Origin: Bacteroidia bacterium
Lineage (GTDB): Bacteria > Bacteroidota > Bacteroidia > AKYH767-A > JBBKVM01
DNA length: 52,761 nt
Reading direction: 5' to 3'
Assembly (NCBI GenBank): GCA_037969175.1
Contig: JBBKWX010000157.1
Coordinates: 1 to 52,761 of the forward strand
In this document: one piece after another, positions 9,573 to 18,840 of the stretch
Layout of the letters: each line of letters begins with the position of its first letter
How positions within the stretch are numbered: the first letter of the stretch is position 1
Program-made: the position numbers and the translations under genes
Notes under the pieces: generated by a model
The model's database searches: none
What the model was told of the DNA's origin: nothing
What the model saw: the letters and a program-made list of their open reading frames with translations, nothing else

Positions 9573-9954
9573 TAAACCCATCGTATTTTTTGACGGCACT
9601 TGTTTGCTGTGTAATCGCGCGGCTAATTTTATCCTGAAGTTTGATAAAAAAGATAAATTATATCTGGCCACATTGCAAGGAGATACTGCAGATTTTTTAT
9701 TGACAGAAAGACATCTTCCGGACTCTGCTGTTTTGTATGAAGATGGAAAAACTTATATAGAATCTGATGCTGTGATCCGCATTGCACAAAAGTTGGGAGG
9801 GATCTTCAAACTTGCAGGTATTTTCAAATTACTGCCACAAAAATTTCGGGATTATCTCTATAATTTCGTAGCACGACATCGTACATCCTGGTTTGGTCGC
9901 AGCGAATCCTGTCGCTTGCCCAAGGCCGAGGAGAGGCATAAGTTTTTAGATTAA
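9556..9954 (+). CDS. DCC1-like thiol-disulfide oxidoreductase (DUF393)
   Basis: FDGTCLLCN (DxxCxxC) and RDYLYNFVARHRTSWFG; TTG start overlaps the upstream gene. Confidence 0.9.
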   Translation: MQSVPDKPIVFFDGTCLLCNRAANFILKFDKKDKLYLATLQGDTADFLLTERHLPDSAVLYEDGKTYIESDAVIRIAQKLGGIFKLAGIFKLLPQKFRDYLYNFVARHRTSWFGRSESCRLPKAEERHKFLD

Positions 9955-9961
9955 AAAATAA

Positions 9962-10004
9962 AATGGAACACTGATGACACGGATTATTACGGATTTACAC
10001 GGAT
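9962..10004 (+). repeat. 9/10-mer CACGGAT-type array in a convergent intergenic gap
   Basis: AATGG AACACTGAT GACACGGAT TATTACGGAT TTACACGGAT. Confidence 0.8.
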
Positions 10005-10011
10005 AAAAAAG

Positions 10012-10446
10012 TTACTCCTCCTCCTTCAGCTCCAAGGTCAGCTTTTCGAAATTGATCACTGCATTAAATTTCTTAAGAATATCTGAACCTATCACGCCAT
10101 CGATGGCTTCGATACCCAGTTTTTCATAGCTCTCATTTACATGATTCAGATCGAGTAAAACCATTTCATAATCCTGCAAAATAATTTCACCCAGCTTGAT
10201 ATTTTCAAGGATTGTTTGCTGACTCTGCATGGTGTTGGTTCCTAATCCGGTTGAGAGACGTTCGCTGTCTGTAAAGTGCATGGGATCGGCAAAACGGCTC
10301 ACTCTGTTGAGATCCAAGACAGATTTTGATGCTCCGGTATCGAGTAAAAGATGCGCAGGTGATCCGTTTATTTCTACATGGATCATGAGATGAAATCCAT
10401 CACCTTCGATATCCATTAATTGTAAGAGAATGATACTATTTTTCAT
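10012..10446 (-). CDS. Retropepsin-like (clan AA) aspartic protease
   Basis: LLLDTGAS and DGVIGSDIL motifs; ATG 10446 preferred because the longer ORF runs through repeat DNA. Confidence 0.88.
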   Translation of the reverse strand: MKNSIILLQLMDIEGDGFHLMIHVEINGSPAHLLLDTGASKSVLDLNRVSRFADPMHFTDSERLSTGLGTNTMQSQQTILENIKLGEIILQDYEMVLLDLNHVNESYEKLGIEAIDGVIGSDILKKFNAVINFEKLTLELKEEE

Positions 10447-10462
10447 TATTGGAAAGATAGGG

Positions 10463-10677
10463 AAATGAATTAGGAATGGGGAATGTGAAATGTGGAATTT
10501 TAAAACAAAACGGAACACGAAAAATATTTCCCGCAGAACTCGCTGATGAGCGCAGAATATATTCTATAATTAATTGATGATCTCTGCTTCTCATTGTTTT
10601 ATTTTACCACTAAGGTCCTTAGAACACTTAGTGTCACTGAGTGTACTTGTGACCTTTGTAGTAATTTTTAATCAAAA
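10463..10677. repeat. Direct repeat, copy 1 (215 bp)
   Basis: Manual alignment with 14539-14754 shows 4 substitutions and a 1-nt indel. Confidence 0.97.
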
Positions 10678-10686
10678 TAAAGCACG

Positions 10687-10717
10687 AAAAAAGGCCTTGT
10701 TTGCACAAGACCTTTTT
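10687..10717 (-). terminator. Intrinsic terminator of the beta-helix gene (possibly bidirectional)
   Basis: AAAAAA-GGCCTTGT-TTGC-ACAAGACC-TTTTT. Confidence 0.75.
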
Positions 10718-10765
10718 AGGAGCAGATCGCTAAATTATTTATTTGAGATTGGACTTTTGTTATTT

Positions 10766-12805
10766 CTAAACAATATCAGATTCATCAATTAGACCATAGT
10801 ACTTATCCAATGGGAGTTTGGTAGAGTTAATCCCTTCTTCCAAAATCAAATATGGAACATAGTTTAAATTTTGGTAACCGAAAAACACTCTATTTCCAAC
10901 TATTGTATTAGAAGCACAACGGTTGAATTCATCATTAACATCTCCTGCTTCTTTCACTCCATGTTCCATCGTCACAAACTTTATAAAAGATGTACATTCG
11001 TCAAGCGTATACAAATGCTTTGGGTTATAGCCGATCATGATGTTTGAGGATACAATGACAAACCTTGAATTCCAGAGCAAAATGCCTTGGCTTTTATGCT
11101 TCCGGTCAGGAAACTCAGGATCAATTATAGTTCCCGGGTTTTTAATTGTATTCCCGGTTATTGTCCCCGTCATTGAACCAATGAGTTTAATTCCACCTCT
11201 GGTATCATTTTCCAATTCCTTATTTGCAGGCATTTCACTTATATAAACATACGCAGGATTTATTATGACGTTGGATACAATTGTAAATTCAGAACAATCA
11301 TTTAATTGGATGCCACTTCTAGTTGTACTGCCGGAAGGAATATGAATATTACAAGTATTAAATAAGGGAGTTCCAGTAATAAGGTTTGAACTAATTGTTA
11401 TACTTTTCCATTTTCTGGCAGTTATGCCATAAGCTTCATTTCTATCGGCAGGATTCAGTCTTGCTCTTCCACTTCCAATGATTTGATTTCCATGTAATGT
11501 TAAACCGGCTGAATAAGAATGATACGTTTCTCTAAGGATGGGTAACTCACTTTCATGTTCATTGTATCCAAAATCTTCATCGTCTGTTTCTTCCAGAAAC
11601 ATATAAGGTAAATCAATTTCTTGTGTTGGAATACCTGACAAATACAAATCACTTTCTTCTGATGGAATTTGAAAATTAATATTCTCATCTTCAATAAAAC
11701 TTGCATCATTATCACATGTTATGGCAGCCTCAGGTTTGAAAATACCCCATTCACGAATTTGATTATTAATCACATGACAACTTAACTGGCCATATGGAAA
11801 AGACAAATGACCTCCGCCTTCATACGTAAGTTTGATACCTGCCTTACCTGCTTTATAGATGCGATTATTACTGATTCTGATATTGAGTACACCACTTGCT
11901 TCTAAGGTCACCGGTAAATCTTCACTGGCTTTCAAGCCTCTAACACCAATGCAGTTATCACCGGTATATTCAAAATAATTATTTTGAATAACAACTTGGC
12001 TTTGACCGGCACCACTGATAGTCTCTGAATAAAACCCCATTCCTGTGGTTGACTTTTTATCGTTTCTAACAAACTCACCAATAGAACCAGATGGTTCAAG
12101 TTCTTCTAACGGATGATATTCATAAGCCCCGTTTTCTTCCGTGTTTGGATTAAAACCTACAAAATTGTTTTCAAGAAGAATCTGTTTTGATTTAGATATA
12201 TCAATTGCACCTCCATTCATATTGTAAAACCTACAATTTCTGATCACTAACTCATCTGCAACAAATTTAAGTTCATGAGCATCTTCAAAAGTTAGGTTCT
12301 CCAGAATACAAAAACGAAGATGTTCACCGGTAGGATGAGTAAATATTGGTTTTATGAGTGCCACTTGTTGAGAAGTTACATTTGGACTTTGAGCAGTCAA
12401 TATTGGCAGGTAAACTGATTTAAAAACCGTACCACTACCCGAGCCAACCACATAAACTTGATTTCTTAAGACTACATTATCAAATAAGTATTCTCCTTCC
12501 GGAAAATAAAATCCCCACATTTGAAGATGAGATACTGTGTTTGGATCGCCTGGTAATTGGCTGTCATTCTCTGTTCCATCTTTTATGTTAACTTGTGGAT
12601 TCGTATTACCAAGTCCTGGATCGCCCCCTAAAAGATCCACCCATTCTTCAAGTACTCTAACGTATCTTGCTTGAAAAAGAAGTCCTAAATCATTTGTCAA
12701 GCTTGCTCCAGTATCTGGCTTGACAGAAATAAGAACTGCTTCCCAAGGAGTATCAGAATTTGCATATTTCACATGAGTAATAGTTGTTACGTCTATTGTG
12801 TTCAT
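10766..12805 (-). CDS. Right-handed parallel beta-helix protein (pectate lyase 3 / tailspike-like), no signal peptide
   Basis: FYFPEGEYL...LRNQVYVVGSGSGTVFK cap motif; repeated IxNNxF / IxSNxI / ITGNTI rungs. Confidence 0.8.
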   Translation of the reverse strand: MNTIDVTTITHVKYANSDTPWEAVLISVKPDTGASLTNDLGLLFQARYVRVLEEWVDLLGGDPGLGNTNPQVNIKDGTENDSQLPGDPNTVSHLQMWGFYFPEGEYLFDNVVLRNQVYVVGSGSGTVFKSVYLPILTAQSPNVTSQQVALIKPIFTHPTGEHLRFCILENLTFEDAHELKFVADELVIRNCRFYNMNGGAIDISKSKQILLENNFVGFNPNTEENGAYEYHPLEELEPSGSIGEFVRNDKKSTTGMGFYSETISGAGQSQVVIQNNYFEYTGDNCIGVRGLKASEDLPVTLEASGVLNIRISNNRIYKAGKAGIKLTYEGGGHLSFPYGQLSCHVINNQIREWGIFKPEAAITCDNDASFIEDENINFQIPSEESDLYLSGIPTQEIDLPYMFLEETDDEDFGYNEHESELPILRETYHSYSAGLTLHGNQIIGSGRARLNPADRNEAYGITARKWKSITISSNLITGTPLFNTCNIHIPSGSTTRSGIQLNDCSEFTIVSNVIINPAYVYISEMPANKELENDTRGGIKLIGSMTGTITGNTIKNPGTIIDPEFPDRKHKSQGILLWNSRFVIVSSNIMIGYNPKHLYTLDECTSFIKFVTMEHGVKEAGDVNDEFNRCASNTIVGNRVFFGYQNLNYVPYLILEEGINSTKLPLDKYYGLIDESDIV

Positions 12806-12840
12806 AATTTTTGTATTTTTATTTATTCAAAAGCAAATAG

Positions 12841-14497
12841 ATGAAAGTTTTTTTTTTTAGTGCAAGTTTTGTTTATAACTTTTTTTCAGGCATTTAGCCA
12901 ATCTTATCCACAAAAACTTTGGGATAAGCGATATGGGGGTTTTGGTGGTGACCAAACTTTTGCAGCACCTATAAAAATAGCTAAAGATGGCAATCTGCTT
13001 TTTTTAGGTGAGTGTCCAATTGGTCTAAGTGGAGACTTAAGTACAGTGTCTAAAGGTTCAGGAGATTTTTGGTTATTTAAAATTGACACTTCGGGGGTTT
13101 TAATTTGGGAGAAAGGAATTGGAAGCACTAACTGGGATTTTGCCAGAGATTTTGTTGAATTGGATGATGGGGGATTCCTCATTGTTGGGTACACTTCAGG
13201 AGGTATTGGTGGTGATAAAACAGAACCATCAAGAGGTGATGTAGATTTTTGGATAGTTAGGTTAGATTCATTAAGAAATATCTTATGGGATAAAACCTAC
13301 GGTGGTAATACCGAAGATGTGGTAAGGTCTGTTTCTATTACAAATGATGGAGGTTTTTTAATAGCAGGCAAAACAAGGTCTAAACAAGGATTTGATGTAT
13401 CCGAACCCGGCTTTAATCCTGGATTGATTACACTCCGCGACTTTTGGGTCTTGAAATTAGATAGTTTAGGAAATAAACTATGGGATAAGAGATATGGTAC
13501 TGATGGAGATGAAGAGTGTTATACTATCACAAATACATTGGATGGTAATTATTTGTTAATTGGATGGACTTCTAGTTATACAGGTGGGCATGTCTCTCAG
13601 CCTTCTAGGGGTGGGCAAGATTATTGGGTTTTAAAGATTGATACTATTGGTAATAAGATTTGGGATGCCCGTTTTGGTTCCTCAGATAATGATATGCAAA
13701 ATTATACATCCCAAGCCACACCAGATGGAGGGTTTATCACATGTGGTTTATCAAGTGGTCCTGCTGATTACGATAAGTCTGAAAATCTACGGGGAATGCG
13801 TGATTACTGGGTAGTAAAATGTGATAGCCTCGGTATTAAACAGTGGGATAAAACATTAGGTGGTGCGCATGATGAAGTATTTTCGGGTATTGCAATTATT
13901 CCAAGTGGTGGATTTTTAGTATATGGTTCATCAAAAAGTCAAAACACTGGAGATAAAACTCAGAATAACTGGCCAGGTTCCAGCAACAATATGTGGGCTG
14001 TAAAACTTAGTGAAAATGGTACTATTGTATGGGATGTGCGCTGGGGTGGTAATGTTGGAGAGTATGCAGCCAGTGCAGTTGTAAATAATGGAGTTTACTA
14101 TTTATATGGGGGAACTTTTTCAAACATTAGTGGTGATAAATCACAGAATAATTGGAGTGCAACTCCTGTTTCAAATCCTGCATCTGACCTGTGGATTGTA
14201 GCCTTTACAGAACCACCTCTTGGTTATGAAAATCTTGGCGATAGCAAGGGAGGTATTGATGTATTCCCTAACCCATTCAGAGAAATGCTTGAAGTTGGAG
14301 CAGAATTTAAAGAACCCGGAAAAGTCTTAGTAGAATTATTTGACATCACAGGCAGAAAAGTTTTTGGAAATTATTACTCTATCTCTACAGCTTTTTTTAA
14401 TAAAGAAATTGAACTTGGGTTTTTGAAAGCCGGAGTTTATTCTCTTGCTGTAACTACATCTCTTGAAAAAAGGACCAGGTTGGTAGTGAAAAAATAA
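12841..14497 (+). CDS. T9SS type A sorting-domain repeat protein; start frameshifted at T11 (12848-12858)
   Basis: About 8 repeats D(F/Y)W.(K/R).D..G...WDK.YGG; C-terminal VFPNPF...LFDITGR...GVYSL...RLVVKK. ATG 12841 is in frame only with T10 (or T13); the ORF track starts at GTG 12860. Confidence 0.85.
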
Positions 14498-14529
14498 TTA
14501 CGAATTACGAATTACCGTAATTCATAATT
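14496..14529. repeat. Head-to-head heptamer array (AATTACG x3 / CRTAATT x2)
   Basis: AATTACG AATTACG AATTAC C GTAATT CATAATT, overlapping the stop codon. Confidence 0.8.
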
Positions 14530-14538
14530 GAGACACAA

Positions 14539-14754
14539 AAATGAATTAGGAATGGGGAATGTGAAATGTGGAATTTTAAAACAAAACGGAGCACGAAAAA
14601 TATTTCCCGCAGAACTCGCTGATGAGCGCAGAATATATTCTATAATTAATTGATGATCTCTGCTTCTCATTGTTTTATTTTACCACTAAGGTCACTTAGA
14701 ACACTTAGTGTCACTGAGTGTACTTGTGAACTTCGTGGTAATTTTTAATCAAAA
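14539..14754. repeat. Direct repeat, copy 2 (216 bp)
   Basis: Same orientation as and near-identical to 10463-10677. Confidence 0.97.
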
Positions 14755-14760
14755 AAAATC

Positions 14761-14792
14761 AAAAAAAAGCCTCACGAATGCGAGGCTCTTTT
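14761..14792 (-). terminator. Intrinsic terminator of gyrB-mdh
   Basis: Minus strand AGCCTCG-CATTC-GTGAGGC hairpin followed by T8. Confidence 0.8.
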
Positions 14793-14809
14793 GAAATATG
14801 TTTGGTAAT

Positions 14810-15751
14810 TTATTTTGTTACCAATTGCATGTTATCCAAAACTTCCATCACTTCTTTAACAGCAGCGGCAGAATTAACAAGTAACTCTCTTTCGTCTTCG
14901 TTCAGTTGAAGTTCGATGATTTCTTCGATACCGTTTTTTCCAAGTTTAACAGGTACTCCAAGGTAGATATCTTTTAAACCATATTCACCTTGCAACCAAG
15001 CGCAAACCGGGAAAATTCTTTTCTGGTCGCGCACGATTGCTTCTGCCATCTGAGCTGCAGCTGCACCGGGAGCATACCATGCTGATGTTCCCATTAGATT
15101 CACCAATTCTCCTCCGCCTTTCTTAGTTCGATCAACTATCGCTTCGAGCTTATCAGCATCGATCAATTCTGTTACCGGGATACCTGCAACAGTAGTATAT
15201 CTTGGAAGTGGAACCATGGTATCGCCATGACCACCCATCAACACAGCCTGAATATCTTTTGGTGATACATCCAATGCTTCTGCAAGAAATGCACGGTATC
15301 TAGCAGTATCAAGGATTCCTGCCATTCCGAATACACGCTTAGAATCTATGCGTGCTGTAAGGTAAGCACAATAGGTCATCACATCCAGGGGATTTGAAAC
15401 CACAATGATCTTACAATCCGGAGAATGTTTGATTATATTTTCGGTTACCGATTTAACGATACCGGCGTTGGTAGCGATCAGGTCATCACGACTCATACCC
15501 GGCTTACGAGGAAGTCCTGAAGTGATGATCACAACTTCAGAACCTGCTGTTGCAGCATAATCATTGGTAACACCTTTTACTCTTGAATCATACAGATTTA
15601 TTGGTGCAGTCTGCCAGATATCAAGCGATTTTCCTTCAGCAATTCCTTCCTTGATATCAAGCAAGATCACTTCATTCGCTAGTTCTTTATGAGCTATAAC
15701 ATTTGCGCAGGTAGCTCCTACATTCCCTGCTCCAACTACTGTAATTTTCAT
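14810..15751 (-). CDS. mdh: Malate dehydrogenase (LDH-like)
   Basis: GAGNVG, PRKPGMSRDDL, SNPLD, LDTAR, GGHGDTMVP. Confidence 0.98.
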   Translation of the reverse strand: MKITVVGAGNVGATCANVIAHKELANEVILLDIKEGIAEGKSLDIWQTAPINLYDSRVKGVTNDYAATAGSEVVIITSGLPRKPGMSRDDLIATNAGIVKSVTENIIKHSPDCKIIVVSNPLDVMTYCAYLTARIDSKRVFGMAGILDTARYRAFLAEALDVSPKDIQAVLMGGHGDTMVPLPRYTTVAGIPVTELIDADKLEAIVDRTKKGGGELVNLMGTSAWYAPGAAAAQMAEAIVRDQKRIFPVCAWLQGEYGLKDIYLGVPVKLGKNGIEEIIELQLNEDERELLVNSAAAVKEVMEVLDNMQLVTK

Positions 15752-15788
15752 ATCTGAGTTTTATTTTATGTTAGTGTTTGGTTATAAA

Positions 15789-17780
<1,992 letters not shown>

Positions 17781-17794
17781 TTAATTAATGAGAG

Positions 17795-17802
17795 CAAAGA
17801 TA
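17795..17802 (-). promoter_or_regulatory. -7 element for gyrB
   Basis: TATCTTTG on the minus strand, 38 nt upstream of the ATG. Confidence 0.65.
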
Positions 17803-17885
17803 CTAAAATACCCCTTACGAGAAGCCCCTTTAATGGCTTACTTTTCAACAATTTTCGGGATGTGGAAGGAGAATTATTTTAATCC

Positions 17886-18827
17886 CTATCCTTTGTTTTT
17901 CAGATAATTATGCAGGTTTGCAAAAGCCCGGGGAAGATCTGCAGAAAAATGCATGTTAATCGCATTGACCGGATGGATAAAATTGAGCTCAGTTGCATGC
18001 AATGCCTGACCGGGAATTAATTGCGCTATAGCCTCTGAATCATCGTTAAAACCCGGTTTATTGCAAGGGTATCTTCTGTCTCCGGCCAAAGGATGTCCCA
18101 TAGCCTGCATATGTACCCGGATCTGATGGGTTCTTCCTGTTTCCAGCTTTACTTGGATCAATGAATAAGGACCCCATGTTTCAAGAAATTGATAATGTGT
18201 AATGGCCTGTTTTCCGAAACGCTGATCAGTACTTACTTCTATCGAATCGGGTCGGAGAGGATTCCGTCCGATAAAGGATTCTATCCTGCCTTCCTTAGTT
18301 TTGATATGTCCGTGGATCAAAGCTGTATAGATCCTGCCGGCTTTGCGCTGAGCAAAGGATTCAGCAAGGGTTTCAGCTTTGCTGCCTTGTTTGGCTACAA
18401 CGATCAAACCGCTGGTGAACTTATCAAGCCTGTGTACAAGAAAGGGTTGTGACTCTCCTTTCCAATGATGAATCAAAGCATTGACTAGTGTGTTTCCATG
18501 ATCTCCCAGACCTGCATGAACTGCCATCCCGGCAGCCTTGTTGATCACGATCAGGAATTCATCTTCAAAAATAATATCCAAGGGAATATCGGCGGGCTGA
18601 TCCCGCTTTCCATATTCAGCATACTGCTTCAAGAGTTCCAACCTGTCCCCTGCCCTGACCTTTTGAGCCGGCTTGGAACTGATGCCATTCACAAGCAAAA
18701 GATTGCTTCTGCAAAGATTACCAATAGCAGAGCGACTGTAACCATGTCTTGTTGAAACAAACAGATCCAGCCGCATCATTTTTTGTCCGGCCGGAACAAT
18801 TTCTAAAAGATAAGGATATAGCTGCAA
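17886..18827 (-). CDS. RluA/RluD family pseudouridine synthase with S4 domain
   Basis: RLD..., NKAAGMAVH, HRLDKFTSG, TGRTHQIRVH, QALHA. Confidence 0.93.
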   Translation of the reverse strand: MQLYPYLLEIVPAGQKMMRLDLFVSTRHGYSRSAIGNLCRSNLLLVNGISSKPAQKVRAGDRLELLKQYAEYGKRDQPADIPLDIIFEDEFLIVINKAAGMAVHAGLGDHGNTLVNALIHHWKGESQPFLVHRLDKFTSGLIVVAKQGSKAETLAESFAQRKAGRIYTALIHGHIKTKEGRIESFIGRNPLRPDSIEVSTDQRFGKQAITHYQFLETWGPYSLIQVKLETGRTHQIRVHMQAMGHPLAGDRRYPCNKPGFNDDSEAIAQLIPGQALHATELNFIHPVNAINMHFSADLPRAFANLHNYLKNKG

Positions 18828-18840
18828 ATCAAATTATCAC

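Larger units (their letters stand above)
10463..14754. mobile_element. Putative direct-repeat-bounded two-gene cassette (no recombinase encoded)
   Basis: Long direct repeats, accessory cargo and GATC depletion; mobility is inferred only. Confidence 0.55.

Noticed and set aside
10447-10792. N-terminal extension of the protease ORF (to 10518) and the 72-aa ORF 10574-10792
   Set aside because: Both are read-throughs of non-coding repeat and terminator DNA.
10012-12805. Prophage or retroelement, suggested by the retropepsin and tailspike-like genes
   Set aside because: No reverse transcriptase, integrase, capsid or terminase; stand-alone clan AA proteases are common in bacteria.
12904-12912. 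Perfect DnaA box TTATCCACA
   Set aside because: Isolated and within coding sequence (Ser-Tyr-Pro-Gln codons); likely chance.
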